Of a DNA stretch of 64,000 nucleotides, positions 1-13,639 are shown in pieces (position 1 is the stretch's first letter; each line of letters begins with the position of its first letter). Origin of the DNA: Lama guanicoe (taxonomy: Eukaryota); contig MU057069.1 of assembly GCA_013239625.1 (NCBI GenBank), positions 1,546,018 through 1,610,017 on the forward strand, written 5' to 3'. Below the pieces are notes generated by a model, which saw only the letters and a program-made list of their open reading frames with translations, had not been told where the DNA came from and did not search any database. The position numbers were made by a program, and so were the translations under genes.

Positions 1-117
1 GCGTCATTTACGGCAGCTTCAGAAAGAGTGAAGTCCCTAGGAACTGCCCAAAGAGGTGAAGGGCTCTCACTCTGGACCCTGTGAAACACTGCTGAAGGGA
101 GTCAAAGGGGGCAGAAG

Positions 118-232
118 CAAGTGGAAAGATACCCCATGCTCATGGCTCAAAGACTTCATGCCTTTAAGATGACTGTACTCCCCGAAGTGGTCTGCAGATT
201 CAGTGCAGCCCCGATCAAAATCCCACCGTTTT
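118..232 (+). mobile_element. Old L1 ORF2 fragment
   Basis: aagtggaaagatacccc atgctcatgg...agattcagtgcagccccgatcaaaatccca resembles the L1 ORF2 RT-region consensus. Confidence 0.65.
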
Positions 233-299
233 TTTTTAAGAGGGTATTAAGTCATTTATTGATTACACACGATAATGGACGGTACACAGGCTTCATTCC

Positions 300-590
300 C
301 ATCTGTAGCAAATGCTTTATGGTTCTGCTCGTACGAGGAACTTAGAGGAGTCAAGTCCATAGAGACAGACAGTGGTAGGGTGGGGTCCAGGCGCGGGGGG
401 AGGGGCGGGTGAGTGTCTAGCAGGGACAGGATCTCAGTTTGGGACAATGAGAACCTTCTGGAGATGCCAAGGGTGTTGGCTGCCCAACAGTGCCAGGTGC
501 TTAATACCCCTGGACCGTACACTTAAAAATGACGAAAATGGTCAATTTCACATTGTGTCTATTTATGTCTATTTTACTACAATAAGAAAA
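300..590 (+). mobile_element. L1MB/L1MC-type 3' end
   Basis: atagagacagacagtgg...tttgggacaatgagaaccttctggagatg...gtacacttaaaaatg...A-rich tail. Confidence 0.7.
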
Positions 591-2184
591 GTCACCAAAA
601 CAGAAGAAAAAGTACGCATAGGCCAGTGTCCTCGCGCAGTGGGGACTAGAGGGCTGGGGCTCGGCGACCATGTGGCCCTGTCACCGTGGTGGACAGGAAA
701 CAGCACCCAGGAGGGCAAGGGAAGCAGGTCCGAGGCTCAGGGTATCTGGCGGGGCCGGGACCGAGCCAGGGCCACGCGGCGCCCCGTCCTCCCTGGGCCT
801 CGGGCTGCCCTCCCGCTGCTGTGTCCCAGCACCCCGCTCTTGCTGGCCAGTGGCTGGATGGCTGCGTCATGGTTCCTGCCGGGGCAGGACCCGAACCACC
901 TGGAGCTGGTGGAGCAGGTACAACCTGCCTCGTGCCCACCGGCTCTGATGGGAAGGCACGGGGCTGGACCCAGGCAGGAGGGTTTTTAAATGAAAGCGTC
1001 CTGGTGATTCCTACCTGCAGCCAAGGTTGGGACTCAGCGGCCTATGACTCCCCGTCTCCCTGGCCCTGCGCCCTCTCTAGCTGCAGGGGAGAGTGGGGCC
1101 CTCAGGACTTCACACCATCTCTGGCTCCTTTTTTCTGGCTTCTCTAGTCCTGTGTGCTCTGCTTGAAGAGGTTGGTGTTGTCTTTCGGGGTGGGGGGTGC
1201 CATCACTCCTCCTCCCTGGGTTCCATGGCACCAGGGCCTGGGGACCCAGCCAACTCGGAGTTCTGTGGCTGTTCTCCGCCTCCCTGTCCTCGGGCCGAGG
1301 ACGGTGGAGGGCTCACCTCAGGCTGCCAGTCTCCAGTACGTGGCACAGGGACCTTGGGGTTTCATTTTGCCTTCAAGTTACCAAGGAAGCTAGTTTGGTA
1401 GCCTGCAGGCCAGTCAGGTGTAGTCTGTGTTCCTCGCGGCCCTTTTTCTGCCTAAGTGGGGAGAGGCGCAGCGTTCGCACCTGTTCACACCCGTCTCTCT
1501 GGTGGAGGGGGAGCCGCTGCAGCCCGCGTTCACAGAGCATGTAGGACTTGGAGCAGGAGACGGTGGTGGCTCTGAGCAGTGCTGGGATTGACCTTTTTTT
1601 CCACCTGGCTGCTCTGTGCCCACCTGCCTCCCTTGCACCCAGTAATCCCAAAGGTTCGCCTCACATTGCTGGGGCATGTCGCCAGATGAGCATCCTGCCC
1701 ATTCAGACCCCGGCCCCTCCCCTCATCGCCCAGCAGGAAGCCGCCTCCAGGCTTCTTCCCTCACTCTGGACTGTGGGGGAGGCGGGAAATGTGGCCACGT
1801 TTCTCCATTCCCACCAAAAGGATGTTGCTGAATGCAAAATGCTCAAGCCAGCCCTCTTGTGCCTTCTGCTGCTGACTGCTTCTGAAGTCACTATATTTAA
1901 CATCAAAGTGGAGCAAGCAGCAGCGGGAACCACGCCGCTGGACCGTGAGGCTCCTCCCCGAAGGACTGCCTCAGATTTCAGACGGCCTGGGAGAGCTGGG
2001 CGTGGGGGGAACAGGCCGAGACAGAGCACTGACATTGCTGTCAAGCCGACCTTCAGGGCAGCCTGGCCCCCAGCCTGAGCCAGGCAGGAGGCAGCCTTTT
2101 CTGAATGGAGAAAATGCCATGGCAACAGCATCAGGAGGACGTGCTCTCTCATGCTGCAGGCTTAATGGGAGCTGTGTCTGTCCG

Positions 2185-2300
2185 GCTCAGCCCCACCCAG
2201 CCCAGCCCAGCCTTGCTCAGCCCTGCTCTGCCCTGCTCTGCCCTGCTCTGCCCTGCTCAGGCCAGCCCTACCCAGCCCAGCCCAGCGCAGCCCAGCCCCT
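2185..2300. repeat. Pentamer simple repeat (CCCAG/CCCTG/CTCTG)n
   Basis: cccagcccagcccag...ccctgctctgccctgctctgccctgctc. Confidence 0.85.
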
Positions 2301-4039
2301 GGCCATCAACATATCATCAGAGACCTCTGAAAGGTCAGCCCTTCGCTGCCTGGGTCACCGGTGCTTTGACCTTTACCCGTCCCAAGGGCCAGCTGCCAGG
2401 AACGACTTGCCCGCTGCTCCCTGGAGCATGTGTTTCTGCTGTTGCACCAGGATTTATCTTAGGTTTTGACAATTTCTGTGATAAACGAAATGAGACTGAA
2501 CTTTGCATCCTCTGGCCTGGGGACAGGACCGAGTGAGGGACCCATGTGAGTAGCCGCAGCTGCTGGACGATCAGACCCAACTTTGGTCCCATTGCAGGAA
2601 TTCTCTTACCAGGAGAGAAAAATAAGAACTGGTCCCAGCCCCTTTGTCAGGCTCGCCTCCCTCCTCTGCCTCAGCCGAACACCCGCAGATGGTTTACGTG
2701 GCGTTTCCAGCAAGATGAGAAGAAGCATTCTTTTGGGGCTGGTTCTTTATAATCAAAACGAGTCTATATCTTTTAGCTTGAAAACCCAGAGTCCCCGTAA
2801 CTGAATGGAGAGCGCTGACCCCGAGGACAAGTCGTTGGGCCTTTGAGCCCTTGCCGGTACCATCAGAGGGGGAGCGGGTGTCAGGTTACTGGGTTCCGCG
2901 GCTGCACCGAACTTGGAATGAGGCTTCACTGCTTTCCTGTTCCCTCTGTGGCCCCGCCGAAGTGCAGTCGCAGTTTCTCCCCCAGGTCTGGGCGATCCCC
3001 TGTCCCCGTGCTGTGGGGGCAGACTGCCAGTGGGGGGTGGCCCTTGGGCCGGCTGGCCTGTCCATTTGCTGGCTCCGAAGGGTCACAAATAGCCCTGTTA
3101 GGAGGCTGCTGGGTCGGTGGCTGCAGACAGCCTCTGCTGGGCGTGACCCCTGCAGGGAGTCACCTCGCCTGGGAGTGGACACCTCGAAGCAGAGGGCTGT
3201 TCAGAGAACCAAGAGAGCAGGGGCTGGAGGCCAGGCCACCTCACCACGGGCAGAAGCTCAGGAGGCCGCCTGGCACGTCCACCGCTGCTGGGTTCCAGGT
3301 GCTTGCTCGGCCCTCAGCCTGTCTCCTCTGTACTGGACCGTGCTTTGAGCCATTCTGCCTGGGGGCCTGGCCCTCCCCGCCCCTCCCACCCTGGCTGCCC
3401 TCCTCCTCCAATTTCTGCACCTGCCCTGGGGTGGGGAGCAGCGGCTCTGGCTCTGGTTAAGGGCCCCCGGCACAGGGCCCAGCCCGCTGCACACGTGGGT
3501 TCATCTGAGGCCGCCTCTCACCCTTGTGGGTGTTTTTTCTCCTTCAGTGGGTGAAGAAAGAGCCTTTGGGTGCCAAGGGTGCAAAAGTTGACGATACATC
3601 CTTTCTGTAAAAATTACAGCAGTGAGGTTTCTTGTGTGCAGCCTGGAGGCTGTGGCTCACATTTTGAGCAGCAGTTACACCTGGGGAGCGTGATGTCACT
3701 GCTTGCACACACAGGCTGTTTGGATGTGTGAGTTCTGGGGTGTTGTGTACGAAACAAGTGTTACTTGTCCGTGGTTGCGTCCAGTGAAACAAGGCCACTT
3801 GCAGCCTGTGCAGAGGCCATGTGTTTCACTGCTTGCGTGTCAGTGGAAGTGTGGGCTGTGTGAAGCTTTTGTTAGAAGGGTGGTGATGGTGCCCCTCTCG
3901 CGAGCCGCACAGTTGGGGTGGGGCAGGTTTGGAATTCATCTAAGACATCAGTGCCCTGTCCGAACCCCGCCTGAGCTCACAGCTGGGCCATGTCTGCCAA
4001 TGCCCAGGCTTCTGAAATCAGACGTTGGTGCCACCAACT

Positions 4040-4130
4040 CAGCTGTGTGATCCCAGCCAAGGACCCAACCTTTCTGAGCCTCCTTGCTTCTTTCTAAATG
4101 TGGGAGAGACTAGTGCCTACCTTAGAGGCA
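4040..4130 (-). mobile_element. MIR fragment
   Basis: gctgtgtgatccc...ctttctgagcctc...tctaaatgtggg...agtgcctacctt. Confidence 0.55.
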
Positions 4131-4134
4131 CTTA

Positions 4135-5200
4135 AAATTTGTTTATAAATTGTGTTATAATACGCGTAACAAAACCTGCCGCCTTCACCATTTTGGGTGT
4201 TAATACAGTCACATTGTCATGCAGCCATTCTCTAGACCTTTTTCATCTTGCGAAACTGAAACTGTCCTCCTTAGGCAAAAAATCCCTGGCAGCCATGATT
4301 GTCCTTCCTCTCTATGAACTGACTACTTCGGAAAGCTCAGATAAGTGGAGTCATGCAGCGCTTGTCTTTCTGTGTCTGGCTTATTTCACTCAGTGTCATG
4401 TCCTCAAGGTTCACTCTTGTTGTAGCAGGTGTCAGAATCCCTGTCCTTTTCAAGGCCGAGTAATATTCCACGGCACGTGCGCACCACAGTGTGCATCTGC
4501 TCACCTGGGGGTGGACGCTTGGGCTGCTTCCACCTTCTGGCTAGCGACAGTGGTGCTGCTGTGAACGTGGGTGTGAGAATCTCCCTGAGATCCCACTTTC
4601 AGCTCTTGGGTATGTACCCAAGAGTAGAGTTGCTCGATCGTATGACTGTTCTCTTGTTAACTTTTTGAGGACACTGTCCTATTTCCCGCGAGGGCTGCCT
4701 CATCTCACATCCCCACCAAGCGTGCACGAGGGCTCCAGGTTCCCCGCAGCCTTGCCAGCACTTGCCACTTTCTGGTTCTTTGACAGCAGCCGTCCTCGTG
4801 GGTGGGAGGTGCTGTCTCACTGGTTGGATCTGCACTTCCCTAATGATTAGTGACACTCAGCGTTTCTGCTGTGGGCGTGTTGGCCTTTTGTGCACCTTTT
4901 GGAGGAACGTCTGTTCAGGGCTTTCGCCCCGTTCAGGTGGGGTTTGCCGTCGGATGGTGAGGGCTCTTGCTTTGCTGGGAAGGCTGCTGACTCCTCATCC
5001 CTTCACAGACGTCCTCTGACTCTGCAGGCTGCCGTCTTGCTGTTGACTGTGTCCTTTGATGCAGAGGAGGTGTAGCCCTTCCGCAGCCCAGTCTGCTGTT
5101 GTTTTCTGGTGTGGCCTGGGTCCTCAGTGTCACAGCCATGAAGCCACGGCCACACCCAGTGTCACAACGCTCTCCCCTTGTGTTCTATTCTGAGAGCTCC
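4135..5200 (-). mobile_element. Old L1 (L1MB-like) 3' portion, antisense
   Basis: tgtctggcttatttcactcagt...aaggttcact...ttccccgcagccttgccagcacttg...tgcacttccctaatgattagtga. Confidence 0.8.
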
Positions 5201-5397
5201 AGCTCTTGGGAGTTGGGACAGGGTCACGCAGGCCCCTGCCCCCACTGTGTCCTGTCCCAGAGCGAGTCGCCCCGCGCTGCTGCTGGCACTGCCCACCTGC
5301 TTGCGGGGAGGATACGGTGGGTCTGGTCCCTCCGGCCCCCTGCCAGGGCCCCTTGCTCCAGGAGAAATGTCAACCAGTTTCCTTTCTGAATTCACAG

Positions 5398-5482
5398 AAA
5401 AGGCCACAGATGGCTCCCTGCAGAGCGAGGACTGGACGCTGAACATGGAGATCTGCGACATCATCAACGAGACGGAAGAAGG
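5398..5482 (+). CDS. TOM1L2: TOM1L2 exon 2 (VHS): (E)[28 protein letters not shown]
   Basis: cacag|AAAAG ... GAAGG|gtgcgt; 85 nt. Confidence 0.96.
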
Positions 5483-8400
5483 GTGCGTGGGCCCCCCACC
5501 CCACCCCAGGGCGGGTCAGCTCCCGCACTCACCGCCCACCGGGCCTGCGGGGCTCGGGCTACATGCCGTGTTCCATTTCTAGTCTGTTTGCTTCAGCGTT
5601 GATGAGCCAAGACCCTGCATTCTCTGTCCTCTTCCGTCCACCTCCCTGCCCAGCTCCCCAAAGGCGCTGCTTGACGTAGAGCAGTGACCACCTCTTTGAA
5701 TAACCTGCTTTTAATCACAAGTGAAAATGAGGCTGCTAGGTTACTCGGCCCCCAGTGGTCATCTGTCTCTGCAGCCAGACCCCGCCACCTCCTGCCCCTT
5801 TGCAGACCTGGGGCTGCGTCTGCCCTGCTGGACGGGAGGGGGCCCAGGGTGAGGGGGCCCATGGGAGTGGGGAGTAGGGAGGTGAGCGTTAACCCCCAGC
5901 CACCCCTGCATCCCTGCGCTGCCGGGTCTGTATCCTCTGCTGCACCACCGCGACGTGGCATTTACGTTGCTTCCACACTGGCCACTGTTTGATGCTCTGT
6001 CCACACCACCCTCTCTTAAACCACCTCCAGATGGGGGCAGCCCTGGCCTTGCCCCGTGGCGCTGTGTTGACCAGCCTGGCCGTGTGTAAACTGGGGACCT
6101 GCCTCTGCAGGCTGGTTCTGCTTTCATGCAGCGAGTCCTTACTGGGTGCCTGTCTCGGGCCAGGCCCCTGCCCGAGACGGCGCAGTGACCAGGAGCTGAC
6201 GGTCCAGAGTGGGGAGGTGGCCCCTAAACAGGACACTTAGAACACATCTGGGGCAGCAGGTGACCACACTGTGGGGGGCTGAGCTGGGTGGGCACCTGTA
6301 AACCGCCATCAGGGAAGGCCTCGCTCAGGTGGGCCCAGGACAGGACGTGAAGGTGGTGGGGCTGAAGTGTGACGGTGCTGCCCGGAGGACTTCCCAGCAC
6401 GGGTCCTGGGACAGAGCAGGGAGGTTGAGGGACACACGTCCTTCCACGGGGAGGAGCCTCTCACGGTGGCCGGGCTCCTGCCCTTCCCCGTGGAGGGTCC
6501 CGGCCTGCGCTGTCACTCCCGCCCGTGATCTCTGTGCGGCCGGGAATCTGCTTTGTTCAGTTTGTTGCACTCCCAGCACCGGGACGGTTCTTGACAGACA
6601 CCTGTTGGGTGGGTGAGTACGCGGATGCGGCCTGGGGAGCTGTCTGAGGAGCAGGACAGGCAGGTGAAGGTGGGCACAACCCTGTGCAGCAAGTGCTCCA
6701 TGAGGGCCGGGTGCAGCTCGGGAGAGCTGGGCGCAGGGCTTCCTGGAAGAGGTGACATCCAGGTGGAGGCCTGCAGCCCATGTGGGCTTGGCCAGGCGAG
6801 GAGAGTGGACAGGCTGGACAGTGGGATCAGGGGCCTGGCACCACCAGCCTGGGTGACCCTGTGTGGGTCTGCCTCCCGCGCCTGTCCCCTCATTTATAAA
6901 ACGAGCCCCAACGGCAGGTTGCTCGTGTCACGAATGCCCTTGCCCTGCTGCCCCCTGAGCCCCTGCTGAGCCCTGGGCTCCACCCTCAAGCCAAGGGGCA
7001 GCCGTTTTAATGTGGGGGAAACTGAGGCTCCGAGTGGTTTGGTCACTGGCCGAAGGTCTCAGTGCAGTCAGGAGGGGCCAAGGCAGGAGGCTAGCCTGGC
7101 TGACCGGGGCCCAGCCGCCAAGCTGTGTCTGCCCTTCAGTTGTTTCGAGTGTCGTGTCTGGGAGGCCGTGGTCCTGCGGGCTGTCCCGAATACCCAGGGC
7201 TCAGCTTGCCTCCAGCCGGGCCCCTGTGTGGCTGTTGCTCGTGTCCTGGGTCCTTGTCATGAACTGGAGTGCCTGGCTGAGCAACAGGGCCAGTAACAGG
7301 GCCTCACCCAGGCCTACGTAATTAGGGCCCAGGCATTTGGTACGTGGATTTGGTAAACGCTCCCCAGTTGATTCTGAGGAGGCTCTGGTGAGGGTCCCCA
7401 CCTGGTCACTTTTAGGACCACCTGGGACCTTCCCCAGCTCCCTGAATCCTTGTGCCCCAGCCTCCAAGCTGCGGGGGCCCAGAGGAGTAGCCCCAGGTAG
7501 ATGTAGTGGAGCAGGGTGACCGCTGTGGGGGGCAGGGAGGTGTTCAGGGTGGCGGAGGGGGCACAGCCGTGCCCTCCCTGGGTGGCGGGTGCAGTTCTGG
7601 ATCCGAAAGACTAGGCGGTTCAGTAGCACTGGAAAGAAGGTCTCTTCTAAGTGTGGGGTCTAAGGAGGCTTTGAGGAGGCTGGAGATGGCCCAGGGGCCG
7701 GATCGGAGGCCCCGACCTTTCCTCCAGGAGCTGCCGGGCTAACTTCTCCCGCTCCGTCTCTCCTCTCCAGTGTCCCCAACCCTCCTCCTGTCTGATCTGC
7801 TGCTCAAAACTTTGTGCTTCTCCAGCAGAACGTTGGCCTCCTCTCTGCAGCCTCTCCCCCGGGGAGGGAGAGGAACACTTGCTCTGTGCTCCCCCAGTCA
7901 CTCTCAGGCAGCAGCTCCTCAGGGGGAGGGGTTCATTCTCACTCCACCCAGGAGCCCGCTGGCTCCGGTTCCCTCCACCGCCATCACCCCCCACCCTGGA
8001 GAGCCCTGAGCGCCCTGCCCTGTCCGTGATCGCAGCCCCTGGAACCCTTCCCATTCTTCTGCTCTGTGGAAGTTCAAGAGTAGAGGGATGAGCTGGGACT
8101 GAGGGATGGCAGCCTCGGGTCAGGAGAGAGAGAAGAATTCAAGCCGTGCTCCCCCGGCCTGCAGCTGCTGACTTTCACCGGCTCAAGTCCCCGGAGTCCT
8201 CAGCCAAGAGCTTGTCAAGTCCCGCATTTGCAGGACTCAGCCTCCCTGTTCGGAGATCAGGGACCCGCGCCCCGTCAGCCCTTCCCCTCGGGAGCCAGGG
8301 ATTCCTGCCAGGCAGCCCTGCTTCAGGTCGGGGGTGGGAAGTAGGTGGCCCGGGCCTTAAGTTTCCTCCGGGAGCCTCGCCTTGCTGCCACGAGTCTCTG

Positions 8401-9489
8401 TCTGAGTTGGGCTGGTCAGCGGCGCCTCTCCCCTCCCCTCCTGCACCTTCCTCACACACTCTGGGAAGGGACTTCGTTGTCTGGTAAATAGATAGTAACT
8501 ATTTGAGAACTGCAGCAGCAGGAGGCCCCTGACGTACGAACCTTCAGCTTTGGAAAGACCCAGCTCATACTCACGCTGATGTGTCGGTTGTGGGAAGGCT
8601 GGAGCCCCCCCTGTGGAGGCAAAGAGCGGGCCCCCAGAGGGGTGACGGGTCGGCGGGGCAGGGGCTTCATGCCAGAGGTCGCTCCTGGCCCCACAACTTT
8701 GTTGACTCCCAGCTTAGAAGTAATTAAATAAGATGTTAGACACAAGGGCTGCACCTAACAGGCGCCCTTATTGGGCTGGCGGGGACCCACCCTCACAGCG
8801 GTACCTGGGCTTCAGGAAGAGCCGTCCCGCGAGCCGAGCAGGCAGCTGGTGAAGCGCAGCCTGTTCTCTCCATTACCTCAGAACACCCAGCTCCTTAGGT
8901 TTTGAGGGGACTTACTCAGGCTTCTCAGGGAGAAAGGGGTTCCAGGAGCCGGGCAGGCTGACCTCCAGGCCTGGCCGCTCGCTCCTTTCCCTGCAGCGAG
9001 CCCAGCCTGGGGCGCGCTAGCGCTGTTTTGAGTGAGTGGTGCCTGCGGGTGCTGCAGAATTCAAAGGGCTGCAAAAGGCGATGCAGTGGACAGCCGCCCT
9101 GCTCCCGGGCCGCCCGGCGCCCTGCCTGGGGACCACAGTCTCCTCCCGGGCTGCCCGGCGCCCTGCCCTGGGGCCGCAGTGACCTGCTGTCTGCCGCGGT
9201 CTTTGTGTGGCTCTGCCCGGCTCTGCAGACGCTGCCCACTATGTCTCAGATGCCCGAGGAGTGCCTTTGTTCTTTCCTGCAGCCGCGCAGTGTCCTGCTG
9301 TGTGGTGGACGTGGTTTACTTTGACCTGGTTCACGTGGACGGACGTTGGGTCTGTTTCCAGCCTCTCGTACCTGCAGACGAGCTGCGGCAGATACCTGTG
9401 CCGGGCTGGCTGACATGGATGGGCGTGACTCGGTAGGAAGGGGCCCCAAAGTGGGATTTGCAAGGATCGTAATCCGTCCTCTCCTCCAG

Positions 9490-9568
9490 GCCAAAGGATG
9501 CCATCCGAGCCCTGAAGAAGCGGCTCAACGGGAACCGGAACTACCGAGAAGTGATGCTGGCGCTGACC
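9490..9568 (+). CDS. TOM1L2: TOM1L2 exon 3 (VHS): [26 protein letters not shown]
   Basis: ctccag|G ... ACC|gtgagt; 79 nt. Confidence 0.96.
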
Positions 9569-10659
9569 GTGAGTGCTGCCCACAGCCGGCGGGAGGGCGT
9601 CTGGGAGGCACAGCCCGGGCAGCACGGCTGGCGGGTGGCTGGGTGTGTGCGCTGCTGGAGGCTGGCGGTGCCTTCTGCTGGTGCCCTGGGCTGGTCCACC
9701 CTCTGAAACGGGGGCCTTCACCTGGTAAATACCTCCAGCAGAAGATGAGGTGTGGGCAGCCTTGCCCAGGACAGAAGCCCAGGGCAGAGAAGCCTCAGGC
9801 CTGGGTGTGGGCCCCTTGCGGCCCCCAGCCTGCCATGAGGCACCAAGGCCGCCGCTTCCTTCTGACGAAAACGCTGACTCCCACCAAGTACCTGCCCAGG
9901 TGCTAACTCAGGTGCTCCCACTAACCTTCCAGAACAGGTTCCTCATCCCCTTTGGCAGATGAAGAAACTGGCTCAGAGGGGCCCAGAGGGTTGCCCAGAC
10001 CTCACAGTTCCTGGGGTGCCAGACTGGATTGTGGGGTCAAAACTGAACGTCACCACGCAGGTTCTTGGGAAGTCAGCCAAGCTCCTCCTTTCGGGAAGGA
10101 ACAGGCCAGATTTTTGCCCTTCCTTAAAAAGTCAGAAAATGAAGACAGACAGCTTCAGGTGTTATTTCTGTCTTGGAAGCGAACATCTTTTCAGATGTGG
10201 CGAAAACCGGGCTGCAGTGAGCTCCTGCCATAGAAGCTTGAACAAGCCAGCAGGTGGACTGATCTGTCGGCTTGGAGAGTGAACGACTTATCCAAAGCAG
10301 CTGTAACTTGCTCCTTTTAAAGCGGAGAAGCCATTTGGGTTTTTCCCCCAAGTGTAAACCCAAGACTAATAGGGGAGCTCTCTGCCGGGGGGTTGGGTTT
10401 GAATAAGACCAGCTGAGGAGCAGGGGTAGAAGACTTCTGTTTTTCCCTCAGAATTTGAACCGCAGCTTTCACTCGGCCCAGAGTGATGCCCAGAATGGAC
10501 TGTTTTCAGTCACTGTCATCACCAGGCAGTGAACTCTGAACACTCCGGCGGTTTTCCTGGTCTCTGAACCGCATCCAACTTCGCGGTAACCGCGCCGGGT
10601 GGAGACCTCTCTGGAGGGGCTCTGCCTTTGGCACCGCACAGCCCGTGCTGGTGGCCGGG

Positions 10660-11650
10660 TCCTAATTGTATGGTTATAGTGATGAGCAGTGACGCTGAGC
10701 AGCTCTTCCTGGACCTGTTGGCCACATGTGTGCTTCGTTGGAGAAATATCTGTTTAAGTCCTTTGCCCGCTTTTAAACCAGACGCTTTGTGTTCTTGCTG
10801 TTGAGTTGTATGAGTTCCTAGTGTATTTGGGATGCTAACCGCCCGTCAGACAGATGGTTTGCAAATGCTCCCTCCCGTTCCGTAGGTTGTCTTTTTATTC
10901 TGCCGACTGTTTCCTGTGCTGTGCAGAAGCTTTTTAGTTCAACGGAGCCCCACTTGTGCGTGTTTTTATCGCTGGTGCGTTGGGTGTCACATACAGAAAA
11001 CCGCTGCCAAGACCCAAGTCAGGGAGCCTTTCCCTACATTTTCTTCTAGGGGTTTGACAGTTTCAGGTCTTACCTTTAAGTCCTTCATCCATTTCGAGTT
11101 CATTTTTGTGAGAGCTGTCAGAGAGGGGCCAGCTTCATTCTTCTGCGTGTGAATGTCTAGTTTTCCCAACATCACTTAGTGAAGAGACTGTCTTCCTCCA
11201 CTGCGTAGTCTGGGCTCCCTTGGCAAATGTTGGTTGACCATATGTGTGAGGTTTTATTTCTGGGCCCTCAGTTCTGTTCCCCTGGTCTGTTTGTCTGTTT
11301 TTATGTCACCGGCACACTGTTTTGATTCCTATAACTTTGTAATATAGTTTGAAATCAGAACGTGTGCTGCTTCCAGCTTTGTTTCTCTTTCTCAGGATTG
11401 TTTTGGCTGTTCAGGGCCGTTTATAGTTTCTTACGAGTTTCAGGATTTTTTTTCTGTTTCTGTGAAGTCTGTGGATGGCTTTGGGTACTGTGGACATTTT
11501 AACAGTATTAATCCTTCTGACCCAAGAATGTGGGATTCCTTTCCATTTACTTTTGTCTTCTTTAATTTCTTCTATCAACGTCTGGTAATTTTCAGAGCAC
11601 AGATCTTTCATCTTGGTTAGATTTATTCCTAAGTATATGTTTATTTCAAC
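10660..11650 (-). mobile_element. L1 ORF2 fragment, antisense
   Basis: Minus-strand peptides [36 protein letters not shown] and [23 protein letters not shown] are typical of L1 ORF2. Confidence 0.9.
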
Positions 11651-13358
11651 GTGGTCAGGTCTTTGCTGCAAATCCCACGATGCCTTTGGGAGACCCGTGA
11701 GACGTGCAGACCCGTTCTTCCCCCACCGCAGGCCCAGCCTGGCACTCGTGGGCGCATGTCTGCTGGCACCGCTCTTCCGCCTGGGTCTTCATTCTCCCTG
11801 TCAGTTGATCTCAGTGCCCCCGCTTCCGGTGGGGCTTTCCTGACTCCGCATCTGTCCCCACCAAGACTGCCTAGGTTTCCCCAGAGAGGAGCTGCTCGAG
11901 GCTCTGAGGGGCTGTCTGCTCAGGCTTTCCTGTATTTCTGATTGCTTGGAGGCGCCCCTTGACTACTCCACGAGCATGACTCCATTCCGGAAAATTCCCA
12001 CCACGTCCCAGGTCCTGCAGCCCCGGGGCAGAGCTGCCTTTTCCCCGAGCAGCCTGCAGTGGGCCTTGCCAGCTGGGGGGGCTTTGCATCTCTGGCTCTG
12101 CTGGCTCTGTGGCCCCACTAACGGTCCGGGGTGTTTCAGGGACCACGTGAGGCAACAGGAATCGAGCAAAGGTTGCCTGTCAGAGGAGGAGGAGGGCGGG
12201 CCCTGTGCCTGGTGCAGCTCCGAGGAGGCCCCCTCCTATTTCTGGTCCAACCAGCACTTGTACAGACACCAGTTTCTCCAGCTTTCCAAGCCTCTTAACT
12301 CTAAAAAAACGGGATGACAACCTCCACTTAAAGAGAATTCATGAGTGTTGAGGATGGAGTGAAATCACATGCAATGTGAAAGAGTCTCTCCTGGGTCAGC
12401 CGTGAGGTCGCCTTCAGTTGTGTCACCGTTAGGGACTTGTGTGGCCCTGCTTTGCCCAGGTAGAGCCCCGTCGTCTGACCCCAGCCCCGAGGAATGGCTC
12501 CCCAGGTCACCAGCGGTCAGCTAGTTTGGGCAGAGGATACGTGGAGCCGTCAGCAGTGTCCCTTTGCTGGTGACGTCGTTCCCCGGAGGCAGTCCCCACT
12601 AGGGGACGTGGCATTGGCGGTGCCAGCCTGGGGCTGGATTTGCAGAGAGCCGCCCGCGAGGCCCGAGGCTCCCTCCAGTGGTCCCCCTGGATCCCAGGAC
12701 CCCCACCCTCCGCACCGGGCTGTGAGGACAGCAGGCCTGTGTTGCAGACACACTCTCACCCTGACTGCAGTCCTGCCTCGGGGCACAGGCCCCACTTTCA
12801 GCCGGAGAAGCTGGCTCAGACAGACGGCCCTGGGCCCTTCAGGCAGAAAGCAGTGGGCCTGAGCTGCAAGTCCACGCCGGCCGGCCGGCCAGGACCCACA
12901 AGCGCCTCACTTTCCTGTGTGGCTGAGGCCTATGTAACTTACTTTTCCAGGGAAGGGAGGAGGGGCAGGGTCTGAATTGAACGTGGGCCTTCAAGGCGCA
13001 CCGACCACACCGGGGTGAGGATCCTTGGCCTGCTGCTGTGGATGCAGCAGCAGGTGTGGGGGCCATGGGGTGTGAGTGTGTGTTTGCTCCCTCATGTAGG
13101 GAGGCCTGGCCAGGACTTAAACGCTCATGTTGGCCCCACTGAAGCACCAGCCTCCTCCTTGTGCAGAGCTGGTACCCCAGTCAGCAAGGAGCCACCGTCT
13201 TCCTGGATGAGGCCATGTGGGGACGCCTGTGCCCTCTGGGTCTGACTCCGGAGGAGACATCGGAATGGCCTCCAGGAAGAGGAGGGGGTGCCGAGAACCA
13301 GCTGCTCCTGGGAGGGACTCCCCGGTGCTGACCCCTCTCTCCGTTCCTCCCGCGTCAG

Positions 13359-13508
13359 GTGCTGGAGACGTGCGTGAAGAACTGTGGCCACCGCTTCCAC
13401 GTCCTCGTGGCCAACCGAGATTTCATCGAAAGCGTTCTGGTCAAGACCATCTCCCCCAAGAACAACCCCCCCACCATCGTACAGGACAAGGTGCTCGCCC
13501 TCATCCAG
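13359..13508 (+). CDS. TOM1L2: TOM1L2 exon 4 (VHS): [15 protein letters not shown]...QDKVLALIQ
   Basis: gtcag|GTG ... CAG|gtaggt; 150 nt. Confidence 0.97.
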
Positions 13509-13639
13509 GTAGGTGGCTCGGCCGCGTCCCGCGCGGAGGCTGCTCAGGTGTGGCCTCCTCTCAGAGGGTCCTCGCGCTTTCCCATCATTTGGAGGAAAGA
13601 ACGGAGGCTTCTGGGTTTAAATCCCTGTTGAGACATTCT

